From assembly GCA_013265495.1 (NCBI GenBank), contig MU058687.1, forward strand, positions 124,001-188,000: DNA of 64,000 bases. Direction: 5' to 3'. Below are positions 1 to 12,932 of the stretch, piece by piece. Positions within the stretch are counted from its first letter, which is position 1. Each line of letters starts with the position of its first letter. Under the pieces are notes generated by a model that was not told the DNA's origin, made no database searches, and worked only from the letters and a program-made list of their open reading frames with translations. The position numbers were made by a program, and so were the translations under genes. Source of the stretch: Vicugna vicugna (lineage: Eukaryota).

Positions 1-219
1 CATATGCAGGCAACTATTTACATAGCATTCACATTGTATTTACAACTATTTACATTATATTAAGTACTACAAGTAATCTAGAGATGATTTAAACTATATG
101 GAAGGATATTCATAGGTTATATACAAATATTATGCTATTTTATATTACAGACTTGAGCATCTACAGATATTGGTATCCTTGCAGGTCCTGAAACCAATCA
201 GATACTGAGGGACAAATGT
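1..219. mobile_element. TcMar-Tigger (Tigger3-like) terminal fragment
   Basis: ggtcctgaaaccaatc...gatactgagggacaaatg-TA terminus typical of the Tigger3/Golem family. Confidence 0.65.
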
Positions 220-1055
220 ATTCTAAGATTTTTGTCATATTCAAGAGAAAGGTAAAGATACTAACTGTACACTCTGTTAAAATATTAAGAGTAACCATTA
301 AAATAACCATTCAAAATATTTTATTTTGAAAAATATAATTTTCAAAAATTCAAGAGTAACTACTAAAAGAAGGTTTAATTTACATATGAATAGAAGAGAC
401 CACGAGAAAAAAGAAAACTTTATCAAATCCAAAGAAAAGCAAGAAAGAAGTACAAAAGAAGCACAGAGAAAGCACACAATAAAATGATAGAAACATCTGA
501 ATATATCAGTAATCACAATACTTATCTATGGATCAAACTTGCCTGTTAACTTAAATGGGTTATCAGACTGAATTTAAAAAAATTAGCTTCAGCCATTTCT
601 AGGAGATATACCAAAAAAAAAAAAAAATTAAAAACGGAAAACCGAGAAAAAGAGAAATCAGGCAAATACTAACAAAAAAGAAAACGAGTGTTGCTGTATT
701 AATATCAGTCCAAATGAACTCAAGGCAAAAAAGTATTTCTATACGTAAAGAAGATTATGATTTTTTTAAAAAGTTCAATTTACCAAGAAGATACAACAAC
801 TCTGTTGTACTTAATAAGATCACTTCAAAATATAAAGGATAAAAGTATTTGAAGAAAATGTAGGAAGTTATTTTCTTAGTTTGAGAGTATTTATGCTTGG
901 GTTTTCTCAAAAACAGACCCTAAAACTACAAAACATTGTTGAATAAAAATAATGAAGGCCTAAGGAATGAAAAGATATCCCATTTCATGGGCCAGATGAC
1001 TTACTATTAAGTCTTATTTAATGTAGTTAGTCTAAGTTAAGATGGTAATACTTCC

Positions 1056-1566
1056 TATTATGGGCTGAATTGTGGCTGCCCAAAATTCGTAGGCTAAAGT
1101 TCTTTTTTTTTTTTTTTTTGAGGTACTGGAAATTGTACCCAGGACCTTGTACATGCCAAGTATGCATGCTACCACTAAGCTATACACTACCCACCATATG
1201 TTGAAGTTCTAATCCCCAGTACCACAGAATATGACTGTATTTGAAAATAGGACTCTTAAAGAGGTAGTTAAGGTAAATGAGGTCATATGTGCAGGCCCTA
1301 ATCCAATATGACCGGTGTCCTTATCAGAAGGGGAGAATAGGATACACATATGCATGAGAAAAGACCATGTGAAGACACAAAGGAAAAGCCGTCATCCACA
1401 AGCCAAGGAGAGAGTCCTGGAACAGATTCTTCCCTCATGGCCACAGGAAAAAAGAAAGTTGCCGATATCTTGATCTTGAATTTCTACCCTCCAGAACTGT
1501 GAGAAAGTCAATTTCTGTTGTTTCAGCCACTCAGTCTGTGACTGGCAGCCCTAGCAAACTAATATA
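1056..1566 (+). mobile_element. MaLR solo LTR (MLT1-like), interrupted by a SINE
   Basis: tattatgggctgaattgtg... through ...cagccctagcaaactaatata, typical MLT1 ends. Confidence 0.75.
1103..1194 (-). mobile_element. tRNA-Ala-derived SINE (vic-1-like)
   Basis: Poly-T plus reverse tRNA-like head; degenerate TSD cgtaggctaaagttct / catatgttgaagttct. Confidence 0.75.
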
Positions 1567-2258
1567 CTCTGCAAATTAATCTACAGATTCAATGTAATCT
1601 CCATCAAAATTCCAGCTGGCTTCTTTGCATAAACTGAGAAGTTGATTCTAAACTTCCTATTAAATTTAAGAAACCCATAATCTTGAAAAAGAAGAATAAT
1701 GCTGGAAGACTTATAATTCCCAATTTTAAAACTTACTAGAAAGCACCAGTAATTAAAACAATGGTACATGCACAAGCAGAGACATAAAGATCAATGCAAT
1801 AAAACTGACATTCCAGAAATAAATACTCACATTTACAGATAATTGATTTTTGACAATGTTGCCAAGCAAATTCAAGGGGGAAAGAACAGTCTTCCAAATT
1901 GTGTTGACACAACAGGATATCCATATGCAAATAATTAATTTCAATCCTACATATGCATAAATAAAAATTAACTCAAAATGGATCAAAGACATAAATTTAA
2001 GAACTAAAATACAGAATTCTTAGAAGAAAATATAGAAGTAAATCTTTGTAATCTTGTATTAGACAATGGTTTTACATCAAAGTATAAGCAACAAAAGAAA
2101 AATAAATTGGACATCAAAATTGAACACTTTTATGCATCAAAGGATAACAAAAAATTACAAAAACAACTCACAGAATGGTAGAAAATATTTCCAAATCACA
2201 TATATGTAAGGGACTTGTATCTAGAATATACAAAGAACTCATCAATTCAATAGTAAAA
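1567..2258 (+). mobile_element. Old L1 ORF2 fragment (host; resumes ~7030-8200)
   Basis: Degraded ORF2 3' motifs (atctacagattcaatgtaatc, aaaattaactcaaaatggatcaaagac) that continue at aaatgggcaaa ~7035. Confidence 0.75.
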
Positions 2259-5200
2259 AGCAGCAGGGAAAAGCAACTAGTACCAAATAAGAAAATCCCT
2301 TAAGAACGTCAGCTGACTATTCAGCAGAAATTATGCAGACCAGAGGGGAGTCACACGATACATTTAAAATGATGAAAGGAAAAAAACCTACCACCAAGAA
2401 TACTCTACTCAGCAAGGCTATCAGTCAGATTTGAAAGAGAGATAAAGAGCTTAAAAGATAAGCAAAACTAAAAGAGTTCAGCACCACTGAACTACTTTAG
2501 AAGAAATATTAAACTTCTCTAAGGAGAAAATAGGCCACAACTAGAAATATTAAAAGTGTGAAAGAAAAAATCTCATTGATTAAGGCACAGTAAAGGTAGT
2601 AGATCAACCACTTGTGAAGCTAATTTCAAGGTTAAAAGACAAAAATAGTCAAAACACTTATAGCCACAATAAGTAGTTAAAATATACATAAAACAAAAGG
2701 AAGTAAAGTATGATGTCACAAACAGTAAATGTGTTGGGGGGGGAAATGCAGTGTGGTAAAATGTGTCTGAAATTAAGAGATAAGCAACTTAAAATATTCA
2801 CAGATATATGTTGATTTCTATAAATAAACCTCATGGCTGCCACAAAGAAATTCTATAATAGACACACATATACATAAAAGAAAGGAATGCAAACATAATA
2901 CTAAATATAGTCATCAAATCACAAGAGAAGAGAGCAAAGAAGAAATAAACAAGAACTACAAAAATAACCACAATACAATTAACAAAATCACAATAAGTAC
3001 ACATGTATCAACAATTATTTTAAATGTAAATGGACTAAATACTTCAATCAGAAGACACAAAATAGCCGAATGGGTAAAATAACAAGACCCACCTATATGC
3101 TGTCTATGAGAGACTCATTTCAGATCTAAGGACACACACAGACTGAAAGTGATGAGATGGAAAAGGTATGCCATACAAATAGAAAATAAAAGTAAGCAGG
3201 GGCAGCAATACATATATCAGACAAAAAAGACTTTAAAACAAAGACTATAACAAGAGACAAAGGAGGATATTACATAATGATAAAGTGATCAATCCAACAA
3301 GAAAATATAACACTTGTAAATATAATGCACCCAACATAGAAGCACCTAAATACATAAAGCAAATATTAACAAACATACAGGGAGAAGTAAGCAATAACAT
3401 AATAATAGTAGGGGTCTTTACTACCCAACTTACATCAATGAACAACACATCCCATCAGAAAATCTGTAAAGAAACACAGGCCTTAAATGTCATGTTAGAG
3501 CAGATGGACGTAAGGCATATATAGAACATTCTAACCAAAAGCAGTAGAATATACATTCTTTTCAAGTGCACATGGAACATCCTACAGGATAGATTACATG
3601 CTAGGCCACAAAGCAAGTCTCGATAAATTTAGAAGACTGAAAATATATCAAGCATCTTTTTCACTCACAATGGTGTGAGATTAGAAATCAACTTCAAGAA
3701 AAAAACTGCAAAACACAAACACATGAAGTCTAAACAACATGCTACTAAACAACCAATGAGTGATGATATCAAAGATGATATTGAAAAATACCAGAGACAA
3801 ATGAAAATGGAAAGAAAATGATACAAAATCTACAGGATGCAGCAAAATCAGTTCTAAGAGGGAAGTTTAAAGGGATAAAAGCCTACCTAAGGGAACAAGA
3901 AAAATCTCAAATAATCAACCTAGACTTACACCTAAAGGAACTAGAAAAAGAACAAACAAAACCCGAAGTTAGTAGAAGAAAAGAAATAATAAAGATCAGA
4001 GCAGAAATAAATGAAACAGACATATCAAAAAAAAAAAACCCTAACAGAAAAGATCAATGAAATTAAGAGCTGGTTCCTTGAAAAGAAACAAAATTCATAA
4101 ACCTTTACCCAGAGTCATCAAGAAAAAAATAAAAAACAAGGGCCCAAGTAAATAAAATCAGAAATGAAAAAGAAGTTACAACTGTAACCACAGAAATACA
4201 AAAGATCATATGTAATACCTACAAACAATTATATGCCAATGAAATGGAAAACCTATAAGAACTGGGTACATTCCTAGAAAACACAATCTCCCAAGGATGA
4301 ATAGGGAAGAAATAGAAAATATGAACAGAACAATTACCAATAATGAAATAGTCAGTAATAAAAATTTCACCAAACAATAATAAAAAGTTAACATCTTTCT
4401 CAAACTATCCCCCAAAATTGAAAAGTTCAAAGTGAAGGCTTATGAACTCATTCTACAGGCCAGTATGACCCTGACAAAACCAAAGACATCACATACAAAA
4501 AAGAAAATAATAAACCAGTATCACTGACAAACATAGACGTAAAAATTCCTGACAAAATATTAGCAAACTGAATTCAATGATACATTAAAAGAATCATACA
4601 GAATAATCAAGTGGGATTTATCCTAGGAATGCAAGAGTTGTTCAATATCCACAAATCAATCAATGTGATATACCACATTAATAAACTGAAGAATAAAAAT
4701 CACATGATTATCTCAATCAATGCAGAAAAACCTTTTCTCTCAACATCCATTTATGATAAAAAGTTTCAAAAAAGTGGACATAGAGGGAAGGTTCCTCAAC
4801 ATAATACACACCATACATGACAAACTGAAGCTAACATCATACTCAATGTTCAAAATGTGAAAGCATTTCTTCTAAGATCAGGAAAAAGACAAGGATGCCC
4901 ACTCTTTCCACTTTTATTCAACATAGTATTGGAAGACCTAGCTACAGCAATCAGGCAAGTAAAGGAAATAAAAGGCATCCAAACAGGAAAGGAAGAAGTA
5001 AAACTCAGTGTCTGCAAATGATGTGATACTATATATAGAAAATCCTAAAGAAACTACCAAAAAACTATTTGAACTAATAAATTCAGTAAAAAAAATTTCA
5101 GGATACAAAATTAAAATACCTAAAGCTGTTGCTTTTCTATACACTAACAACAAACTATGAGAAAGAGAAATGAAGAAAAAATCCCAGTTACAATTGCATT

Positions 5201-7030
5201 AAAAAAAGTAAAATACATAGTAATAAATTTAACCGAAGAGGTGAAAAAGCTGTATTTTATAAGCTATAAGATATTGAGGAAAGAAACCGAAGAGAGCACA
5301 AATAAATACAAATACATACTGTGCTCATGGACTGGAAGAATTAATATCTTTAAAATGTTCATACTACCCCAAACAGTCTACAGATTCAATGCAATCCTTA
5401 TCAAAATACCAATGGTATTTTTCACAGACCCAGAACAAACAATTCTAAAATTTTTGTGGCAACACAAAAGATCCTCAAGCCAAAGTAATCTTGAGCAAGG
5501 ACAACAAAGCTGGAGGTATCATGTGCCCTAGTTTCAAACTATACTACAAAGCTACAGTCATCAAAACAGCATGGTATTGGCATAAAAACAGACACCTAGA
5601 TCAGTGAAGCAGAATAAAAAGCCCAGGAATAAACGCATACCTACATGGTCAATTTACCTATTACAGAGGATACAAAAATATACAATATGGGAAAGATAGT
5701 CTCTTCAGTAAATGGTGTTAGGGAAACCAGTCAGCTAATGCAAAAGAATCAAACAGAAATACTTTCTCACACCATAGACAAAAATAAACTAAAAAAAGGC
5801 TAAAGACTTAAAAGTAAGACCTGAAATCAGAAAACTCCTGGAAGAAAACAGACCGTATGCTCTTTGACATTGGTCCTAACAATGCATTTTTTAAAATGTC
5901 TCCTCAGGCAAGGGAAACAAAATAAACAAATGGAACTACATCAAATTAAAAAGCTTTGGGGTAGCAAAGGAAACTATCAACAAAATGAAAAGGCAGCCTA
6001 TTGAATGGGAGAAGATATTTGCACATGGTATATCTGATAAGGGGATAATATCCAAAATATACAAAGAACTCATACTATTCAACATGACAAAAACAAACAA
6101 CTTGATACAAAATAGGCAGACTATCTGCACAGACATTTTTCTAGAGAAGACATTCAGATAGTTAGCACACACATAAAAAGATGCTCAACATCACTAATCA
6201 TCAGGGAAATGACAATCAAACCCACAATGAGATATCACTTCACATTTGTCAAAATGGCTATTATCAAAAAGACAACAAATAACAAATGTTGAAAAGAATG
6301 TAGAGAAAAGTGAATCCTCATGTACTGTTGGTGAAAATGTAAATTGGTGCACTCTGGAAAACAGCATGGAGGTTCCTTAAAACATTAAAAATAGAATGCC
6401 CATATGATCCAGCAATTTCACTTCTAGGTGTTTTTCTAAAGAAAATAAAACACTAATTCAAAAAGACAGATGCACCCCAATGTTCATTGCAGCATTATTT
6501 ATAGTAGTCAAGATATGGAAGCAACCTACATGTCTATCAATAGATGATGGTTTAATAAGATGTAGTATATATATTACTGAGCATAAAAAAGAATGAAATC
6601 ATGCCACTTGCAACAACATGGATGGACCAAGGGGTATTATGCTAAATGAAATGTATCAGACAGAGAAAGACAAATACCTATGATTTCATGTATGTGTGGA
6701 ATCTAAAAAACGAAACAAACAAAACAAGACAGAAACAGACTCATAGATACAGAGAAGAAACAGGTGATTGCCAGAGGGGAGGGGGTAGAGGGTTGAGTGA
6801 AATAGGTGAGGGACATTATAAGAGGTACATACTTCCATTACAAAATAATTGAGTCACAGGGATGAAATGTACAGCATAGGAAATATAGTCAACAATATTG
6901 TAATAACTTTATATGGTGACAGGTGGTAACTAGACATATGGAGATGATCATCTCATAATGTATAGAAATATCAAATGACTATGTTGTGCACTTGGAACTA
7001 ACATAATGTAGGTCAATTATACTTTGATTT
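2259..7030 (+). mobile_element. L1 LINE, 5'-truncated (ORF1 end, disrupted ORF2, 3' UTR), nested in an older L1
   Basis: ORF-track fragments 3285, 3818, 4611 and 5157 translate to endonuclease/RT pieces ([53 protein letters not shown]); many stops and frameshifts. Confidence 0.9.
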
Positions 7031-7789
7031 TTTTAAATGGGCAAAATAATGGATACTTTACCAAAGAAGATATATATATATGACAGACATATGAAAAGAT
7101 GCTCAAAATCATATGTCTTTAAAGAACTGCAAATTAAAATAACAATGAGATACCACTACACACCTATTAGAATGAATCAACTCTGAGATACTGACAAACC
7201 ATATACTGGAGAGGATATGCAACAGCAGGAACTCTCATTCATTGCTGGTGAAAATGCAAAGTGGTACTGGCACTTTGGAAGACAGTTGGGTATTTCTAAC
7301 ATAGTTAAACACAGCCTTAACATATGATCCAACAATCACTCTCCTAGGTATTTAAATAAATTGAAAACATATGTCCACATAAAAAACTGCACACGGATGT
7401 TTATAAGAGCTTTACTCATAACTGCCAAAACTTGGAAGCAACAAAGATGTGGTCAATAGGTGAGTGGATAGACACATTATGGTACATCCATACAATAGAA
7501 TATTATTCAGTGATTAAAAGAAATGAGCTATCAGGTTTCAAAAAAAACATGATAGAAGGTTAGATACACATTGATAAGTTAAAGAAGCCAATATGAAAAT
7601 GCTACATACTGTACACCTTCAACTATATGATATTCTGGAAAAAGCAAAAATGTCAGTGGTTGCCAGCAGAGGTGTGGAGGGGACAAATAGGTGAAGCACG
7701 TGGGATTTCTTGATCAATGAAACTATTCTGTAGGTTGGTGTAATGGTGGATACATGACATTATTTATTTCTCAATTTCTTAGACCAGTA

Positions 7790-7974
7790 CAGGCATACCT
7801 TGGAGATACTGCAGGTTTGGTTCCAAACTACTGCAATAAAGTGAGTTGCATGAATTTTTTTGTTTCCCAGTGCATATAAAAGTTATGTTTATCCTATAGT
7901 CTAGTTAATGTGCAATAGCATTATATGTTTAAAAATGCAATATCTGCAAAGAGCAATAAAAAGAAGTATGCCTA
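7790..7974. mobile_element. Internally deleted Tigger1-like DNA transposon
   Basis: TIRs CAGGCATAC ... GTATGCCTA with flanking TA duplications. Confidence 0.8.
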
Positions 7975-9728
7975 TATAACCCAATTTAAATTTAGACTTT
8001 AGTTAATAATAATGTATCAATATTGGTCCATCCACTGTAACAAATATGCCACAGTAATACAAAATATTAATAATAGGGGAAATTATGTGGGAAGGGAAAA
8101 GGGGATATGGAAATTCTCTATACTTTCTGTTCAATTTTACTGTAAATTAAAGCTTTTTCAAGAATAATGCCTACTAATATTTTTTAAATTAAAATTTATA
8201 TTTTAAAAAGTGGTTGAAGTGGAAAAATAATACAAAAATACACAACTTGCTTTTAATTTTTAAAAAGCAAACAAATAACAACAAAAAGAATAGTTCCATT
8301 GTTTTCACACTCCCATATGTTTACCTACTTTAAACATTCAGAATCAAAATATAATTGGATGCCCTCATCTTTAGGGGAAGTAGCAAATGGAAGAGAAGAG
8401 AGTATCATTCCACATTGTAAACTTTTCATTACTGCTTACTATGTTTTGAAAAATACATTTTTTCCTTTAAAAGGAAGTGAAAAAACAATACACAAACTTA
8501 TGGCAAATATCTGGAGACCACGAGGAAGAAAACACCCTTGGGCTCAATCTCTGGCTACTAGGAAATCAAACGTGACATTTTGCTTCCATTATTCTAAGAC
8601 TTTTTACATACACTAACACTTTTGATCCCCATATAAGAGACTTTCACAAGAACTCTTGAGATCTAAAGAGATAATAAGCTTGTTTAAGGCCTCAGAACTA
8701 GTCAGGGCTGAAGCCAGAGCTAGAACTCATTAAATTTCACCACAATGTTGCTGTCCATTGTTGAGATCCACATTTGCAGTTAGTCAAGGCTCTGACAGTT
8801 ATTAGAGGTTAATCCTCAGCAGCTTAACATTCTCTAAACCTCAGGTTCCTCCTCTTCAATAATTTGAAAAATACTCCCAGTGTTTTATAAACTTGTTAAA
8901 TTTTGTATGTAAAACAAATGGGACGTTGCTAAAGAGTTAGCTATTACTCTCCTATATATAAAATGCTGGGCATCCCTGAACATTATACCTGTATTGCTTT
9001 TAGGCGAACATTCAAAAGGTTGACATTTAGTTTCTACTGAGACTGGGTATTCTCATTTCCTATGATACAACAATTCCACTCCTAGGTATTCACACCACTG
9101 AAATGCACATTTGTGTCCATCAAAATGGATATATGTTCACTGAATGCTCAGAGCACTATTCCTAAGGGTCCCAAATGGGAACTACCAAGTGCCCATAGGC
9201 AGTAAAATCGCCAAATACTTTTAAGATCACAAAATGGAATACTATGTAGCAGTGATAATGAACAATGCACAGCTACACCCAGCAATAATGATCAATCCGA
9301 TGAGTAATGTTGAGCGAAAGCAGACAGACACTAAAGAAGGCACACTGAAGGATTCATTACCATAAAATGCATAGTTGGGAAAAACTAACCTGTTTGTTGG
9401 AATCAGAATAGAGTACCTTGGAGGAGGGGAAAGTGTCTGGAGCAGGAAAGAGGGTGCCTTCTGGAGTGCTGGTAATGATGTTTCTGGATCCCTCTGTTTC
9501 GTTACTCAAGTATGTTTGGGTTGTGAAATTCATTGAATTATACACTTGGAATCTGTGCACTTTTCTACATGCATGTCATAATGCATTAAAAGCTTTTTTT
9601 AAAGTGTCATTTTCCATGGAGAGGCTGGAATTTTTGGAATTCGGCCTAAAGCTCTGGTTTCACCACAAATCCATACCCAACAAGTTTCACTGCGAGTGAG
9701 AGAGGCTTGAGGCAAAGAAAGGCGTCCG

Positions 9729-9746
9729 CGGGCGGGTATGACGTCA
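9729..9746 (+). promoter_or_regulatory. ACOT4 proximal promoter: GC box and perfect CRE
   Basis: GGGCGG at 9730-9735 and TGACGTCA at 9739-9746, at the 5' edge of the CpG island about 230 bp upstream of the ATG. Confidence 0.55.
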
Positions 9747-9977
9747 CATCTGGAGTTCAGGACATCCCTGTATGCCCTGCCCCGGACAACGACTTGGTGC
9801 TTTTACCTCAGACGAGTCGCAGGCTCGGGGTCCACAGACCTGAAGCCCCAGGCCGGTTCCTGAGGCGGCTCAGCCATCTACCTCTCCCGGCTCCAGACGA
9901 CACCTGACCCCGTCGGGACTCCACGCGGCTGATATCGGACTCCAGGAGCAGGCTGCGCTTTCCAGCTCAAGGCTGGG

Positions 9978-10431
9978 ATGGTGACAGTTACACTGGAGCC
10001 GGAGGGCCGCTGCCCCTGGGACAAGCCGGTGCGCATCGCCGTGTGCGGCCTGGCCCCGGGGCAGCGGGTCACGCTGCGCGCGTCCCTGCGCGACGAGAAG
10101 GGCGCGCTCTTCCGGGCCCACGCGCGCTACTGCGCCGACGCCTACGGCGGGCTGGACCTGGCGCGCGCGCCCGCGCTGGGCGGCAGCTTCGTGGGGCTCG
10201 AGCCCATGGGGCTCTTTTGGGCTCTGGAGCCTGAGAAGCCTTTTTGGCGGTTTCTGAAGCGGGACGTGCAGACACCCTTCGCAGTGGAGCTGGAGGTGCT
10301 CGACGGCCACGAGCCCGACACCGAGCGGCTCCTGGGCCAGACGGTGCACGAGCGCGACTTCCTGCCGCCCGGGGTGCGGCGCGAGCCGGTGCGCGCGGGC
10401 CGGGTGCGCGCCACGCTCTTCCTGCCGCCAG
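9978..10431 (+). CDS. ACOT4: ACOT4 coding exon 1
   Basis: ATG at 9978 (GGGATGG) with upstream in-frame TGA at 9930; [17 protein letters not shown]...ATLFLPP; donor G|GTGAGC at 10432, phase 1. Confidence 0.93.
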
Positions 10432-12932
10432 GTGAGCCTGGGGTTCTGTGGGCGCGCGAGCGTCTTCGCTGGGCCGCTGAGGTTTCAGATACCACTTCCC
10501 AGGGAGTTTGGCTTGGGAGTAGGGCCAGAGAAGGGGATGTTGACTAAATCCTCTGACCTCACAGTCACAGTGGAGGCTTTTGGTATGTTAGCGTCTCTGC
10601 TGTGCGTTTTGCTTGCATTATCTCATTTAGTCTCATATAATGGGCATTGTTATTATGCAGATAAGAAAAGATTGGATCGGGTCTTTAAGATACACTTTGC
10701 TATTAATAATCACCCTGTAGATTTCTACACTCATCAGTTGATCGGTTTTACACTAAATGATAATGGTCAAGGAAGTTCCATATCTTCCAAGTGTCCTGAG
10801 TACATTGGGCCCCCTGCCCACTCTTATTTTCCTATCGCAGATCACACTTCACTGCCTTCCTCATCTAAAGCCTCGCCTATTTCTTTTTCTTTCCTCTAAG
10901 TAGACAGTTGAACCAAAAATAACACCAAGGGTTGGCTCAACACAATATAAAGCTTTGTTTTAAGTTTTTAATTCTATGTCCAACCTCTAACAGAAGGAAC
11001 ACTGCAAATCAACACTGTCTAAAACGTTAAATTCCTCCTTCCATGATGTACTCGTTAGCCTTTGTTACTCTCCCTTACAACTAAAGATTCTTAGAACCTT
11101 TGAGATAATTTAACATAAATTCATGTGGAGGGTAAACTCATCAAGTACCTTGTAGCCCCCCCCCCATACATAAGGAACTTGTATCTCTTTTCAATAAAGA
11201 CTCAGGGAGCTGTTTTCTTTCCTTTGATTCACAGGAACCCACTAAATAATTTGGAAACATTTCTAAAATGAAAGCAAATTGTTTAAATTATATAGTACTT
11301 TCCTTTCATAATATTACTTTCTCTAGGACCTGGACCTTTCCCAGGGATCATTGACATCTTTGGTATTGGAGGAGGCCTTTTGGAGTATCGGGCCAGCCTT
11401 CTGGCTGGTCATGGCTTTGCCACGTTGGCTCTAGCTTATTATGACTTTGAAGATCTCCCCAAGAAATTTGACACCATACACCTCGATTACTTTGAAGAAG
11501 CCCTGTGCTACATGCTTCAACACACCCAGGTTCGCCTAATGTCCTTCATCATTCTCTCTAGAAATACCTCCAGAGAGGGCGTCACTTTGCACTCACCTGT
11601 GTCAGGTGCACTGATGCTACTCTACTCTTCTTTCTCAGAGATTTCTTTTGGAGAATTCCTTAGCTTTAGGTACCTACTCTACTTTTTCTGTCAGATGGAA
11701 TAACAATGCAGAATTCATTGTAAAATTCATGTGAGATTTTACTGACAGGAATTATGTTGTAATACTAAAACTCCTTTTGCAAGCAAGTGGAGTTTCTAAC
11801 TTTTTTAGTTTTGCATTCTTGTTTTTTAATCTGTATTTTTCTGATAGCAGAGAATGTTCTCAGATTTTGATGAGAACCTACTCACCCATTTCAGAAGCTA
11901 AGAACTATTCCTTTGGACTCTGAAGTCTTACTTTGTTTCTATAAAGTTAATCACTTGTGAATATTTGTTTAGATGAGATCTGATGAATTATTCACCTCTT
12001 GGAACAGAATTTGGTTCCACAGTTAGATACCCAGGAACAATGACTCTTTAACTCCACCTGAATGAGGCTCTGAACTTGACAGACTCCATGAGATATTCAT
12101 TCTTAGCAGATAGACTCTCTGGAACATTTGTAACCAATTCCCAAATTTGCCAGGGAGTTTAAGGTTAGTCTGCTATGTGTCCAGCAATATATTCTTTATG
12201 TGAGAAGAAATCCTTTGTCAGCTGAGGTTGAGTCTCTTGTGGCTAATTCACGAATTAAAGCTAACAGCATCTCTAGTTGCTCTTAGAAAAATGTTTTTCT
12301 TTTGGGTAGGTTTTTGACTCTCCTTTCTTCTTTTCTTCCAGGTAAAGGGCCCAGGCATTGGGCTTCTGGGCATTTCTTTAGGGGCTGATATTTGCCTCTC
12401 CATGGCCTCATTTTTGAAGAACATCTCAGCCACAGTCTCCATCAATGGATCTGCGTTGAGTGGAGACAAAGCCATATACTATAAGGAGAATAGCATCCCG
12501 CCATTGGGCCATGACCTGAGGAGAATGAAGGTAGCTTTCTCAGGCCTCCTGGACATTGTAGATATAAGGAATGATATTGTAGGGGGATGTAAGAACCCCT
12601 GCATGATTCCAATAGAAAAGGCCCAGGGGCCCATCCTCTTCATTGTTGGTCAGGATGACCATAACTGGAGGAGTGAGTTATATGCCCAGATAGCCTCAGA
12701 ACGTTTACAGGCCCATGGAAAGGAAAAGCCCCGGATCATCTCTTACCCTGGGACTGGCCATTACATTGAGCCTCCTTACTTCCCTAAGTGCCCGGCTTCC
12801 CTGCACAAATTATTGGACAAACCTGTGATCTGGGGTGGGGAGCCTAGGGCTCATTCTAAGGCCCAGGTAGATGCTTGGAAGCAAATTCTAACCTTCTTCT
12901 GCAAACACCTGGGAGTATCTGCCAAATTGTAA
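9978..12932 (+). CDS. ACOT4: Acyl-CoA thioesterase 4 (peroxisomal), join(9978..10431,11327..11529,12342..12932), 415 aa
   Basis: Three GT-AG exons of 454+203+591 nt form one open frame. Type-I ACOT/BAAT N-terminal domain; nucleophile motif GISLG, GQDD and GTGH triad motifs; ACOT4-type [12 protein letters not shown] segment; ends SAKL. Order ACOT4-ACOT6-DNAL1 matches known mammalian synteny. Confidence 0.93.
11327..11529 (+). CDS. ACOT4: ACOT4 coding exon 2
   Basis: Acceptor ctttctctag; [31 protein letters not shown]...MLQHTQ; 203 nt; donor CAG|GTTCGC. Confidence 0.92.
12342..12932 (+). CDS. ACOT4: ACOT4 coding exon 3
   Basis: Polypyrimidine tract and ccag acceptor; [26 protein letters not shown]...[11 protein letters not shown]. 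Confidence 0.93.
   Translation, partial: VKGPGIGLLGISLGADICLSMASFLKNISATVSINGSALSGDKAIYYKENSIPPLGHDLRRMKVAFSGLLDIVDIRNDIVGGCKNPCMIPIEKAQGPILFIVGQDDHNWRSELYAQIASERLQAHGKEKPRIISYPGTGHYIEPPYFPKCPASLHKLLDKPVIWGGEPRAHSKAQVDAWKQILTFFCKHLGVSAKL

Noticed and set aside
2259..7030. Potentially active L1
   Set aside because: No 5' UTR, partial ORF1, and many stops, frameshifts and deletions in ORF2.
9900..9977. Possible ACOT2-like mitochondrial leader upstream of the first ACOT gene
   Set aside because: In-frame TGA at 9930 with no ATG between it and 9978. ACOT6 likewise has TGA directly before its ATG.
9870..10495. Several overlapping alternative-frame and antisense ORFs over ACOT4 exon 1 (and 28234-28804 over ACOT6 exon 1)
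   Set aside because: By-product of extreme GC3 and CpG content, which removes stop codons in other frames; the translations are low-complexity and Arg/Ala/Pro-rich.
10432..10899. 155-aa ORF in ACOT4 intron 1 and read-through extensions of exon ORFs
   Set aside because: It starts at the GT of the splice donor, is intronic and has no recognisable domain.
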